From Haliotis cracherodii (Eukaryota): a stretch of 64,000 nucleotides of DNA. The notes below the pieces were generated by a model. That model was not told where the DNA came from and did not search any database. It saw nothing but the letters and a program-made list of their open reading frames with translations. The DNA lies in NCBI RefSeq assembly GCF_022045235.1, contig NW_027266319.1, forward strand, positions 38,750,001-38,814,000. Reading direction: 5' to 3'. Positions 40,215-54,262 of the stretch are shown here, piece by piece (the first letter of the stretch is position 1; each line of letters opens with the position of its first letter). Position numbers and translations under genes: made by a program.

Positions 40215-42492
40215 TGTGTCTGTATGCTGGTGATGTCTGTATGCCTATCTCTTCAGTATGCTGCTGATTTCAGTTCACTAATCGTGTTTCTGTCGTGGTG
40301 ATGTCCGTATACTGATCGTGTTATTATGCTGGTGAAGTCCATATACTAATCGTGTTTTATGCTGGTGATGTCCATATACTGATCATGTCTGTATACTGAT
40401 GTCCGTATACTAATCGTGATTTTGTGCTGATAATATCAGTATGCTAATCATGTTTGTATGCTGGTGATATCAGTATACCAATCGTGTTTGTATGCCGGTG
40501 ATGTATGTATACCAATCGTGTTTGTATGCTGGTGATGTCTGTATACCAATCATGTTTCTATGCTGGTCATGTACATATACTAATCGTATCTGTATGCTGG
40601 TGATGTCCATTTACTCATAATGTCTGTATGCTGGTGATGTCAGTATACTAATCATGTCTGTATGCTAGTGATGCCCATATACTAATCATGTCTGTATGCT
40701 GGTGATGTCCGTATACTCACCATGTCTGTATGCTGGTGATGTCCGTATACTAATCATGTCTGCATGCTGCTGATGTCCACATAGTAATTGTGTTTGTATG
40801 CTGGCGATTTCCATATTCTAATCATGTCTGTTTGCTGGTGATGTCCACATGACAATCGTGTTTGCATCCTGGCGATGTTTATATACTCCTCATGTCTGTA
40901 TGCTGGTGATGTCCGTATACTAATCATGTCTGTATGCTGGTGATGTCCGTACACTCATGATGTCTGTATGTTGGTGATGTTCATATACTAATCATGTCTG
41001 TAACCTGGTGATGTCCAGATAATAATTGTGTTTGTATGCTGGTGATATCCGTATATTAATAATGTCTGTATGCTGGTGATGTCCGTATACTAATCATGTC
41101 TGTATGCTGGTGATGTCAGTATACTCATGATGTCTGTATGCAGGTTATATCCGTATATAAATCGTATCTGTATGCTGGTGATATCCGTATACTAATCATG
41201 TCTGTATACTAATCGTATTTGTATGCTGGTGATATCTGTATACTAATCATGTATGTATGCTGTTGATGTCTGTATACTAATCGTATCTGTATGCTGGTGA
41301 TATCCGTATACTAATCATGTCTGTATGCTGGTGATGTCCGTATACTAATCATGTCTGTTTGCTGGTGATATCCGTATACTAATCATGTCTGTATGCTGTT
41401 GATGTCTGTATACTAATCGTATGTGTATGCTGGTGATATCCGCATACTTATCGTATCTGTATGCTGGTGATATCTGTATACTAATCGTATCTGAATGTTG
41501 GTGATGTCAGTATACTGATCATGTCTGTATGCTGGTGATATCCGTATACTAATCATGCCTTATGCTGGTGATGTTCTTACACTAATTATGTCTGTATGCT
41601 GGTGATATCCGTATACTAATCATGTATGTATGCTGGTGATGTCCGTATACTAATCATGTCTGTATGCTGGTGATGTCCGTATACTAATCATGTATGTATG
41701 CTGGTGATGTCCGTATACTAATCGTATCTGTATGCTGGTGATGTCTGTATACTAATCATGTCTGTATGCTGGTGATGTCCGTATACTAATCATGCCTTAT
41801 GCTGGTGATGTCTGTATACTAATCATGCCTTATCCTGGTGATGTCTGTATACTAATCGTATCTGTATGCTGGTGATGTCTGTATACTAATCGTATCTATA
41901 TGCTGGTGATGTCCGTATACTAATCATGTCTGTATGCTGTTGATGTCTGTATACTCATCGTATCTGTATGCTGGTGATATCTGTATACTAATCATGTCTG
42001 TATGCTGTTGATGTCCGTATACTAATCATGCCTTATGCTGGTGACATCTGTATACTAATTATGCCTTATCCTGGTGATGTCCGTATACTAATCGTATCTG
42101 TATGCTGGTGATGTCCGTATACTAATCGTATCTGTATGCTGGTGATGTCCGTATAGTAATCGTGTCTGTGGGGTGGTGATGTCCGTATACTAATCATGTC
42201 TGTATGCTGGTGATGTCTGTATACTCATCGTATCTGTATGCTGGTGATGTCTGTATACTAATCATGTCTGTATGCTGGTGATGTCGGTATACTAATCATG
42301 CCTTATGCTGGTGATGTCTGTATACTAATCGTATCTGTATGCTGGTGATGTCAGTATACTAATCATGTCTGTATGCTGGTGATGTCCGTATACTAATCAT
42401 GTCTGTATGCTGGTGATGTCCGTATACTAATCATGTCTGTATGCTGGTGATGTCCGTATACTAATCATGTCTGTATGCTGGTGATGTTCATA
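40215..42492. repeat. 34-bp satellite (diverged dimer of the 17-mer)
   Basis: (gctggtgatgtccgtat actaatcatgtctgtat)n, about 65 copies. Confidence 0.95.
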
Positions 42493-43219
42493 CATATTTG
42501 ATGTCCTTTTGTTTGCCGTGCCGATATGCAGGCGGCGTATCCCCGTGCGTTGGTTGTCTTTGTTGCGTTGTGCGTATTGTGTCAGTATAGTCGTCACTTT
42601 GATGGGAGCGCAAGGATAAATAAACAGTGAGTTAGTGATTGAGTCAGACTTCACGCCGCAATAATCCGGCAATATCACAGCGTGGGGCATCACGTTGTTT
42701 CAAGGAGAGGGTTCGAACCCGTGCCTTTCGCACAAATGCAAAAATGCCTTTATGCAAGTCCACTTAACATGAATGTATAGAAAATACATTCCAAAGTGTA
42801 GGCTCCCTAGGGAGCTGAAAATGAAATTCGAGTGCACAGTGATCCATTGATCGAGGTAATAAGAGCGTAGTGCCATGAGCATTCACTGCGTGTTCATATC
42901 AGACAAAGAATAATACGGACCATTCTAATAAGGTATTCGGGTCAGTGCGAACATGAAGCTAGCTATCAACATCAACCGTACCCCTATGCCTCTGAATCCC
43001 AACGGGGAATAATTAAATAAAAACACCTTGCTTTGCGCTATTCACATGCAACACTTCAAACGATAGCTGCACTAGCTGCAGAGGTTATATCTCACCACAG
43101 CTTTGACAAACACGTAAGAAAGGTACATCAGCTCGGTTAGACACAGTCATCTTCTTATTGATATCCAATGTGCATATCCACATAAAAAAGTTGATTGAAC
43201 AAAGCCTCACATAGAAGAA

Positions 43220-43490
43220 GACCGCCTCTGTGGTCTAGTGGTAGCGCGTCTACTCGGAGAGCGGAAGGTACGGGGTTCGATCCCCGGCAGTGTTACACCA
43301 ATAGACGTTAAGAGATGGTACTTGTTGTTATCCTGTCTGGCGCTTGGCATTGAGGTGCTAAAACAAGGACTGGTCGGCTTGGAGTCAGTATACTGTGACT
43401 GAGTGGGGTATTCATGTTAAACTGCGGCATGGTATCTCAGTGGGCACTTTAAAAGTACTAGTAGTGGGACTAGTGCAAGCAGCCACGTCA
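43220..43490 (+). mobile_element. SINE family D
   Basis: A box tggtctagtgg, B box ggttcgatcc, Meta-like body. Confidence 0.85.
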
Positions 43491-43519
43491 GATGTAAGGC
43501 TACAGTAGTCTGGGAAGGA

Positions 43520-44130
43520 TGACTCACTAGATCAAGAAGGATGATAACGATTGCTTCTTGTGGTCTGTGTACGGTGACACACTACATCAAGAAGTATGGC
43601 AAAACTTGCTTCTTGTGGTCTGTGTACGGTGACACACTACATCAAGAAGTATGGCAAAACTTGCTTCTTGTGGTCTGTGTACGGTGACACACTACATCAA
43701 GAAGTATTGCAAAACTTGCTTCTTGGGGTCTGTGTACGGTGACACACTACATCAAGAAGTATGGCAAAACTTGCTTCTTGTGGTCTGTGTACGGTGACAC
43801 ACTAGATCAAGAAGTATGGCAAAACTTGCTTCTTGTGGTCTGTGTACGGTGACACACTACATCAAGAAGTATGGCAAAACTTGCTTCTTGTGGTCTGTGT
43901 ACGGTGACACACTAGATCAAGAAGTATGGCAAAACATGCTTCATGTGGTCTGTGTACGGTGACACACTAGCTCAAGAAGGATGATAATGATTGCTTCCTG
44001 TAGTCTGTGTACGGTGACACACTAGATCAATACGTACGGCAACAACTGCCTCATGTGGTCTGTGTACGGTGACACACTAGATCAATACGTACGGCAACAA
44101 CTGCTTCATGTGGTCTGTGTACGATGACAA
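43520..44130. repeat. 55-bp tandem repeat with an internal hairpin, about 11 copies
   Basis: (gacacactacatcaagaagtatggcaaaacttgcttcttgtggtctgtgtacggt)n. Confidence 0.95.
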
Positions 44131-46624
44131 TGAAGGTGAAGAAGTATGGGAACAAATGTTTCCTGGTTCGGCGACCGTCACATACTGGCTACATATAAAG
44201 AAATACCAACTCAGAACATATATCGGGTGCTGGACGAAGCTTAGTTCGTGAATCGCTGTCTCGTCGCTGGATTCCTTACCCCACATGGTTTCGGTGCTTT
44301 TTTAAAGTGGAATAACCCTTCCCACAGTCAAACGATATTGCTGCAAAAAGCGGAGTACAATGTACGATTCCGTCAAGATCTTGGTTTTCTCGCGACTTGA
44401 CATGTTGGAATGAGTAAAATCTGTTTTCACGTTTCTCCACGGCTAACCCCAACAGCTATCCAAGCGCCCACGGTGTCAACTTTAGGGGATGGTGTTCTCC
44501 TACTTCTTTTGCCACTGTTAAGAGGAATTCAAGAGAGAAAGGGGGTGTCTCGAAGGGAGAGCCTTCAACATCCAACACTGAGGAAAATTCACTACAGGTG
44601 GGTTGTTCAACCAGAGCAGTGCACCGTCGGACCAGTTTATGGTCTCCATGGCTGCAATACACGACTGTGCTTTGAATGCATTGAACATCTTCAGTATTCA
44701 CCAGATTGGTCATCGTCATATTACCACCTCTTCCAAAACTTGAAGAAGGAACTTTGAGGCTAGGATTATGCAAATGACTTCCTCTTCTGCTAGCACCAGT
44801 AGCACGGAGACATTCCAGCATCGTCGTTAGAAAGGTGTGGACATGTTGAAAAATAATTAGCAACTTACTCCATCAACACAGCCCATCATACTTTGGAGAA
44901 CATACGCACTCTTTAACACTCAACTTTAAAAAGTAGAGTTGTTTTAATCCACATGGCAAATATCGTAACACAACTATGTGTATCTTGACATTTTATTCGG
45001 TGTTGAGCTGCCTTGTAAATTTGAAATGAATAACAACGTTACAAGGTTTGTATTGTTATTCACACAGAAAAAAGTCCTAAGCTTAGTCAATACTTCTACA
45101 GTGAAATAGGTCAACCTCTTTTTATGGCATTATATATCCTTGATCTAGGCATATTTGACATAGCCTCCTAAGCGTATCGTGTAAATAGTTACATAATGTG
45201 GCGTCACAAATATGATCGATTTCACGCCACTGGGATATTTACAATCATAGACAACTACGACAAAATACGTATCTTTGCAACAAGTACACACTCGTCTGAA
45301 AAGCTTCACTCCAAACATATAACCAAGCAACACGCCTATCAAACCGAGTAAAATACGAACAAAACAGTGTATTGTATACTCATGGGAGAATATGTCGGAG
45401 GGTTTAAGCAAATAGCATTATGCATTGTCAATATTGCTAAGTCAGCTAGTAGACATGGTTATGATCGTATTTCTTAACCCGAGAACTGTGAATGTTACGG
45501 TGATAGATCATAGAGTGATGAAACATGAACTCGATGACATATCTGTGGTGGCAGATACACAAAACATGGTAAATTAATCCCTGGCAAGTGACTGAGTGAA
45601 CAATGCTTGTGGTGAAGCATTAGTAACAGAATAGGGCTTAGACATCCACCCTGCCTAAACCCTGCACTCGCTGTAAGGTTACCAGGACCATGGAAGAATG
45701 TACAAGTGGGTTGGAGGATTATGATCGCTGCCCATAGCTACGACAGAATTTGAAATAGTTTGATTCTTCGTGTAACGGGTACCTGAGTTTGTTCAAATAT
45801 AACCAGCTTCTCATAAATGACAACAATAAACATGCTGGTCTTCACGTCTGTAAACCATATTTTTGTAGCTATGTAACTCAAGGTTAGACGAAGGGATTTT
45901 ATTACGGTCCCGTCCGACTTAAAAACGTTCCAAGATGAATATTGTAAGTTCCACAAATAAACAATCGATTTATATTGCCATAATAAAGCTGTATCTACAT
46001 TAGATACATTGTGGGTAATATTGCTGACGATAGCAAATAACAATTTACCGAAACACATAATACAAGAAGTTGCTTTGATGTGACATGAGCAATCACATTT
46101 TAAACATTTGAGAATATTTTGTGCTTTAACGTTAGGAAGCATAAAGTCAGTTTATAGAAGAAATGCATTATTCTAAACACTTGCGCATATATTGCATGTG
46201 TGTGTAGATGAACTTACTGATACATTGGTATCGGTCCTTTAATTAACCAAAATATAGTGATTATATTGCCAGTTTGCATGGCTGTCGATATTTTGAAAAT
46301 TGAGTAAACATAACATCATACAATTTTAAGAATATATTGATTGTATAGGCTTTTATCGCGTTTAGGGAACATTTCTGAAAGCCCCGAAATATATCATTTG
46401 CTATTGCACATACCATATACCTATTAGTAAGTAAATTAGGCAAACTAGGGTATTCAATATGGCTGCCTTAGTAGCCAAGTTTATGATCGCATCTGAATGT
46501 TGTGTATATGTCGTAAAGACAATATATACTGATGTTTAAAGCTGGTATGTCTGCCTGGCGCTCGGCATTAAGAGGATAAAACAAGGACTGGCCGCTAATG
46601 TATCTGAGTTTTACACGAGCATCT

Positions 46625-46903
46625 GGGGGCACGGGTGGAACAGTCGTCTAAGGCTCCGCAATTCGCTGTGCGGAGTTGCGTCCCTTGGGCACACCAGAAA
46701 CCTATGATTGTGGGTTCGAATCCCAGTTCGCCCCAGTTATGTTTCTTGGTTTGTCAGCACCACGCCCGTGCTCGTGGGTTTCACCTAAATGGTAAACGTC
46801 TAAGACCTGCATCACTTGGGGCTTTCCTCCCTTATTAAGCTGACACTCCGTGATATGAGTGCAATACTGTTAAAATCGGCGTTAAACACAATTCACTCAC
46901 TCA
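46625..46903 (+). mobile_element. SINE family A inserted into a family D copy (about 46525-47040)
   Basis: TSD tacac(g/a)ag(c/t)atct; family D sequence resumes on both sides. Confidence 0.88.
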
Positions 46904-48489
46904 ATACACAAGTATCTTAGTGGGCTAACACTAAAAACCCTGCATAATTACGGACTACTACAATCAGCCACACATACACGTGCATGCACGTTGCTATATA
47001 AATGCAGTGATCTTGATCACATTAAACACCTTGATCACCTCAAGAGGAGGACGAGATTGTATACATTGATCGCGGACAGACGAACGGACACTCATGGCCA
47101 TATTCAGCCACCCTCCGACTCAGATGGGTTCACGGGCCATGCCCCGCATCTACAATGATGTAATCATCACACCCACCGATGTAACGCCAGGGTATGTTTC
47201 AGGAACATCTAGAGCGGTCATTCTCGGTTAATGGGGCCTAACGTTTTCGAAGATCTTCTACAATGTTGTATTAGCGAGCCCTGATGCGCTGACAAGCCTG
47301 AACAAACAGCCCTTGTAAACATCGGCCATCTGGGAGTATTGACGGAACAAAGCCGCGTGTGCCTACCCACATATCACACTGACTTTAAACTGCTGTCACC
47401 TCTCAAGCTCTGTACCAGTGATGACTGTCCGGTGGTCCAGCTGTTCAGCAGTGACCACGTCACACAGAGGTGTATTCAACACGAAAAATCCATATGGATT
47501 TGCGATGTATTTCAATAACAAGGGTCAACGGCTACAATTTTCCATGTTCGTATTCAAAACCTCGCCCGACAGCTGATGGACGTTGGTGTGCGACAAGGCA
47601 ACATGCTTGAACCCTATTGACTTTACATTGTCAGATGCGTTAATGATGATTAACATGATAAGTAAGAGATTTAAATTAGGAGATAAACATATTGGATTTT
47701 ACTTGGAGGTAGAAACATTTCGTATTGTAAATTCCATACATCTAATTCATTTCCACCCATGCCTCCCAAATATTACGACGGGGGACACCAAAATGGGCTT
47801 CCTACATTGTACCCATGTGAGGAAGACCCGGTTGACATTGATGTCATAACTTCGAAAGAACAGGCACGCACGTACGCAAGCACGTACGCACGCACGTACG
47901 CACGCGGATTGGGTGCCAACAAACCAGGATAAATTTTGGATTCGAAATCACGTTGAGCGGCTTCTGGCAACCTCGGGAGACAACCCAATACGGTGACGTT
48001 GAGTCTGAATTCTTTAAGGGGAACGAAATCCAATCTGATTCATGTCTTCAGCCAGGTCTCGTCACCGACATAAATTAATATTTAGTTACTTCGTTGGATT
48101 TTCCAGAACAGAAGAGATGCCAAGTAAATTGTAGCATAATGATAACACAGACAAGTGAGAGGCTAGAAATACAAATTGGAATATTCTGAAGCCATTTAAC
48201 TACGAGCTTCAAGGCTTGAATGAAGTGTCGCTATGACACTAATGTTTCACTGTAGGGAAGCAGGTTTCTGACACTATCGGCCTGCTCGTACTGAGGTAAC
48301 AGGAGGACACGGAGTACAACCTTGCTTGACCGGTCACAGAATGTAGGAAGAATGAGACCGAGGTGAAGGGATATCCACTGTTGGTCCAGCGATTAGGGTT
48401 CTCCTCGCAAGGACATGGCAATATGAAACACTGCCTAATACGTCGGGGCGCAGATTCTTCATTTGTAGAGACGGACAAAGGCCATTAAA

Positions 48490-50150
48490 TGTGACAGTAC
48501 TGTATGACACCATGTGGCAGTTCTGTATGACATCATGTGACACTACTGTATGACATCATGTTACAGTTCTGTATGACATGAGACAGTTCTGTGTGACATC
48601 ATGTGACAGTTCTGTATGACATCATGTGACATTTCTGTATGACATGTGACAGTTCTGTATGACATATGACAGTTCTATATGACATGACAGTTCTGTATGA
48701 CATCATGTGGCAGTTTTGTATGATATCTGACATTTCTGTATGACACCATGTGACAGTTCTGTATGACATGTGACATTTCTGAATGATAAGAGACAGTTCT
48801 GTATGAGATCATGTGAGAGTACTGTATGACATCATGTGACAATTCTGTATGACACCATGTGACAGTTCTGTATGACATCACGTGACAGTTCTGTATGACA
48901 TGTGACAGTTCTGTATGACATAGGCAGTTCTGTATGACATTATATGGCAGTTCTGTATGACATCATGTGACAGTTCTGTATGACATGGGACAGTTCTGTA
49001 TGACATCATGTGACAATTATGTATGACATGGGACGTTCCTGTGACATGTGGCAGTACTGTATGACACCATCTGGCAGTTCTGTATGACATCACATGGCAG
49101 TTGTGTATGACATGTGACAGTTCTGTATGACATGGGGCAGTTCTGTATGACATCATATGACAGTTCTGTATGACATCATGTGATAGTTCTGTATGACATG
49201 GGACGGTTCTGTATGACATCATGTGGCAGTTCTGTATGACATGTGACTGTTCCGTATGACATGTGACAGTTCCGTATGGCACGTGACAGTTCCGTATGAC
49301 ATGTGACAGTTCTGTATGACATGTGACAGTTCTGTATGACATCATGTGACAATTATGTATGGCATGGGACGGTTCTGTATGACATCATGTGGCAGTTCTG
49401 TATGACATGTGACTGTTCCGTATGACATGTGACAGTTCCGTATGGCACGTGACAGTTCCGTATGACATGTGACAGTTCTGTATGACATGTGACAGTTCTG
49501 TATGACATCATGTGACAATTATGTATGGCATGGGACGGCTCTGTATGACATCATGTGGCAGTTCTGGATGACATGTGACAGTTCCGTATGACATGTGACA
49601 GTTCCGTATGGCATGTGACAGATCTGTATGACATGTTACAGTTCTGTATGACATATGACAGTTCTGTATGACATGTGACAGTTCCGTATGACATGTGACT
49701 GTTCCGTATGGCATGTGACAGTTCCATATGACATGTGACAGGTCTGTATGACATGTGACAGTTCTGTGTGACATATGACAGTTCTGTATGACATCATGTG
49801 AAGGTTCTGTATGACACCATGTGACAGTTCTGTACGATATGTGACACTTTTGCATGACATCATGTGACAGTTCTGTATGACACCATGTGACACTTCTGTA
49901 TGATATGTGACAGTTCTGTATGACATCATGTGACAGTTCTGTGTAACACCATGTGACACTTCTGTATGACATCATGTATCAGTTTTGTATGACACCATGT
50001 TACAGTTCTGTATGACATGTTACAGTTTTGTATGACATCATGTGACAGTTTTGTATGACACCTGACAGTTCTGTATGACACTATTTGACAGTTTTGTACG
50101 ATATATGTGACAGTTCTATATGACATCATGTGACAGTTATGTATAACATG
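48490..50150. repeat. 20/23-bp minisatellite
   Basis: (tgtgacagttctgtatgaca[tca])n. Confidence 0.95.
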
Positions 50151-50159
50151 GGGCGGTTA

Positions 50160-50786
50160 CTGTCTTGATATTAATTTTACATGCATCCCCGTCTTGATAT
50201 CACTGTTACGCGCATCCCCGTCTTGATATTACCGTTACACGCATCCCCGTCTTGATATTACTGTTTCACGCATCCCCGTCTTGATATTACTGTTACACGC
50301 ATCCCCGTCTTGATATTACTTTTACACGCATCCCCGTCTTTAATAACCGTTACGCGCATCCCCGTCTTGATATAACCGTTACACGCATCCCCGTCTTGAT
50401 ATTACTGTTACACGCATCCCTGTCTTTAATAACCGTTACGCGCATCCCTGTCTTGATATTACTGTCACACGCATCCCCGTCTTGATATAACCGTTACACG
50501 CATCCCCGTCTTGATATAACCGTTACACGCATCCCCGTCTTGATATAACCGTTACATGCATCCCTGTCTTGATATAACCGTTACATGCATCCCCGTCTTG
50601 ATATAACCGTTACACGCATCCCCGTCTTGATATAACCGTAACACGCATCCCCGTCTTGATATAACCGTTACATGCATCCCTGTCTTGATATAACCGTTAC
50701 GCGCATCCCCGTCTTGATATTACTGTTACACGCATCCCCGTCTTAATTTTACCGTTACACGCACCCCCCTCTTCATATCACTGTTA
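50160..50786. repeat. 29-bp minisatellite
   Basis: (gcatccccgtcttgatataaccgttacac)n, about 21 copies. Confidence 0.95.
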
Positions 50787-50967
50787 GGCATTAAGTCAAA
50801 AACCTTTTTGCATGCAAATGTTGTGAGCGAAGACGTATCCGTATAGCCAGTCTTTTATACAGTTTCAGGCAAAACAGTGGTAAGGTATCAACGAATTTGT
50901 AACGAAAACATGCATAATGCAGCTGAAAAGGCTACAGGCCTTGAGAAGTGCATTCAAAATGATAAGA

Positions 50968-51124
50968 GTGAATTAGTCAGTATTGTTTTACGCCGCTTTT
51001 TGCAATATTACAGCAATATCACGGCGGGGGACACCAGAAATTGGCTTCACCCATTGTACCCGTGTGGGTGTTCGGCGTGTCGAGCGAACGCTTTAACCAC
51101 TAGGCTTCCCCCCCCCCCGCCCCC
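50968..51124 (-). mobile_element. SINE family B (diverged, internal deletion)
   Basis: Reverse-complement similarity to family B. Confidence 0.8.
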
Positions 51125-51352
51125 ACAATGATAAGAACGTGGCAACCTTAGAAACCGAGCAAAGCCTAGCGTTAAAATAAAAAAAACCGTTGAAGACAAA
51201 CTTTATAACATATCACCTCGTTAAAAGGCCATATACAACCAGGTATATTGATATTTAAGTCACATAATAAACATGAAGACAGATAAGACATGACGCATCT
51301 CTAGTTATTTTTCACCACGAGGCATGTGTTTTTGCCGAGAGCCCCGTCTTAC

Positions 51353-51457
51353 CTTGTTTCCAACAAAGTAACCTGAATCAGCATCTGTGAGCAACTTCTC
51401 GAAATAGCCTAAAAATCGGGGCAGATCTGTCTTGTCGAACTTGTCCCGCAGCGCATT
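51353..51457 (-). CDS. Sigma-class GST internal exon
   Basis: AG/GT bounded, 105 bp, NALRDKFDKTDLPRFLGYFEKLLTDADSGYFVGNK; phase 0/0. Confidence 0.92.
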
Positions 51458-51683
51458 CTGTGATTCAGAGAATAAAAATGATTTAAAGGTCATTAATATT
51501 CAATTGGGCTGAAGATATGTTACATTCTTGTGGTATAAACAAAGTATGCCTTAAAGCCAAATGTTCTTATTATCTCTTGATTAAACGGAACAATGCATTT
51601 CCGAGATATCTTAGACTAGTGGGGGCTAAACGGGTGATTAGATTTAATATATTCGGCATTCTGCTCCATTTTGAAATCATTTA

Positions 51684-52030
51684 TGCATGTGTTTTACAAA
51701 TAAAATATAATGAGTGAAATATGCATTTGATTACACTTGTGTCGAACTCAAAAGGACCTTATGAAAGCTTCGACTTATCCGAATGTTCGACAAATTCATT
51801 ACTGCATGGGTTTTTTACAAATAAAATGAGAGAATTATGCATTTGATTGCCGTTGTGTCGAACTCAAAGGGACCTCAGGTAGGCTTCGACTTATCTGAGT
51901 GTTTGACACAATCAGTATTGCATGTTTTTACAAATATAATGAGAGAAATATGCATTTGATTGCCGTTGTGTAAAACTTAAAGGAACCTCAGGAAAGCTTC
52001 GACTTATCCGAGTGTTCGACACATCCGAAT
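51684..52030. repeat. Three tandem copies of about 115 bp, probably MITE-derived
   Basis: atgcatttgatt..gtcgaactcaaa..agcttcgacttatccga repeated three times. Confidence 0.8.
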
Positions 52031-52332
52031 TCAGATTTTAAATGCCATTCAAAGTAATTATATGGTATGTGAACTACACTAAACTGGTGTAGCGCATTTC
52101 ATGTAAAACGGGCAATGTAAAGTGTTTAGCATAAAGCATAAAAGATTCATGATTTTAATTCGACATTTCAGGGCAATTTGGGACTTGGAACTACACAATA
52201 AGTCCGAGTTACTAGTAACAGCACATTCGACACATCCAACTAGACGTATCAGAGGTCAAATAATAATAGTTGATGGAATTCAATGGACACATCCGAAAAT
52301 TCGACACATCTGAATTCTGAAATGGCTCCTAC

Positions 52333-52448
52333 CTTTTTCTGTTCGTCTTTCTCGTGGTAAATCTTAACGAAGAAGTCTCTTAGATCTTCCGCAAGACCAA
52401 CAACTTCGTCGATCTGGAACATGTCGATATTCGTTTTACCATATAACC
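52333..52448 (-). CDS. Sigma-class GST internal exon
   Basis: AG/GT bounded, 116 bp, (G)LYGKTNIDMFQIDEVVGLAEDLRDFFVKIYHEKDEQKK; phase 1/0. Confidence 0.92.
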
Positions 52449-52623
52449 CTGAAAAATAAGCGGACATACATAAATATACTGAAAAGGCTTTTATAGTTTG
52501 ACAACACTGGTTACGATTGATTAACGGATGACGTATAACATAAACTCGATATGTCCGACTCCGTTATATGGACATACTGTTATGCTTGATATAACTAGAG
52601 ATCATATTGCAATTGTTCATATC

Positions 52624-52965
52624 TGTTTGTTTGTTTATTGTTTAGCGCTGCACTCAGCAATATTCCAGCTATATGACGGCGGTCTGTAAATAATCGAGTA
52701 TGAACCAGACAATCCAATGATTGACAACATGAGCATCGATCCACGCAATTGGGATCGATGGCATACATCAACCAAGTCAGCGAGCCTGACCACCCGATCC
52801 CGTTCGTCGCCTCATACGACAATCGAATCCCAATTGCGTGGATAGATGCTCATGATGTCAATCACTGGATTGTCTGGTTCAAACTCGATTATTTACAGAC
52901 CGCCCTCATATAGCTAGAATATTGCTCAGTGCGGCGTAAGCCAAGCAACCAACAAACAAACAAAC
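52624..52965. mobile_element. Two 5'-truncated family C SINEs fused head-to-head (foldback)
   Basis: 52624-52821 on the minus strand and 52822-52965 on the plus strand, with tails pointing outward. Confidence 0.88.
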
Positions 52966-53851
52966 ACAATTTATTCTAATCAATCTTATTTCAACCGATA
53001 GACATGTTGGGGTCGTTCTTCTAAAGCAGGTACAGAAGTTCCATAAATTAGATGATTTAGCTCTTGAGTCACAAGGTGTTAGTGTTTTGTTTCATTTTAC
53101 ACATTTTCATTTAATTATATATTTTCAATTAACTAGCATTGGACTGGTGTGTTCGAAGTATGCATGATTGCAACCTGACAATGTTTGTATAATAAAATGT
53201 ATACTTTTGTACTTTAGGTGGGCACACGAGTGACATCGTTTTGCCAACTGACTGTTATTCAGAGTGTTTAAACATACCTCCTAATGTCACTGGTTGAAGG
53301 TATGTAAGAATGTTTTCCCGGAATAGATCAACGTGTCACAATGGAGGAGGCCCGACATTAATATACACACATGTCATGATAATGGCTCAAGGCGAGACAG
53401 GTTGTTTTAATTTGGATTTTTTGTGAAATTTGAAATATTTAAGAAAACAACACTTCATCCATGAATGATCTTGGTATCAATATTGACATGAAATCCGATT
53501 AAATTATGACGTAATTGAATTATCATAGGACACCTTAAATCATGGGTGAAGATGAAATGTATAAAAGGTTTAATAATGAAATTGTTTAAGCAAATGCGAC
53601 AAAACGTGTAATACCTTTACATAATAATTGCTACGCTTAAACATTAATAACCGACTGTTAAGATTTTCAATACGGCCGCGGCAGAAACCGTTTGGAAGAA
53701 GTACATGTAACATTTCATCAATCTGCATGCAATATTTCAGCATGTAACACCTCATCATCACAATTACGGAATGAATAATTTATATAATCTGCTGCTGAAA
53801 CTGAAATATCGACTCATGCATAAATAGCTGAGGAATGGAAGAAAATGATAT

Positions 53852-54208
53852 TTTCAAAATGGCTGCAGTGACAGCCATGTTTAGCATCGCAACGAGATTT
53901 TGTCCGACGGTTTGCACTGTATAAGTCTAAATCTAGTCTAAAGTCTAATCTAAACGGATATTGAGCGATGATAAAGTCAACGGGGGAAATACCGATGCCC
54001 GACAGATTAACCGATAATTTAGTGATTCGGTGACAAATGCTATTTCAAAATGGCTGCAGTGACAGCCATGTTTAGCATCGCAACGGGACTTTGTGAGACG
54101 GTTTGCACTGTATTCGTCTAAATCTAGTCTAAACGTCTAATCTAAACGGACGCTGAGCGATGATATCGTCATCGGGGGAAATACCGATGCCCGACAGATT
54201 AACCGATG
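53852..54208. repeat. Tandem duplication with a period of about 190 bp
   Basis: tttcaaaatggctgcagtgacagccatg...gatgcccgacagattaaccgat occurs twice. Confidence 0.85.
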
Positions 54209-54262
54209 ATTTAATTATGGAGACGATGTAAATACACTTGAAAATAAAACGTCGAGGCTTAC

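Noticed and set aside
43520-44130. CRISPR-like array of palindromic repeats
   Set aside because: No unique spacers, no cas genes, eukaryotic context
44410-44863. Overlapping 115/135-aa ORFs
   Set aside because: No recognisable domain or splice structure; possibly decayed transposon sequence
48334-50129. Several Cys/His-rich minus-strand ORFs
   Set aside because: Translations of the 20/23-bp minisatellite
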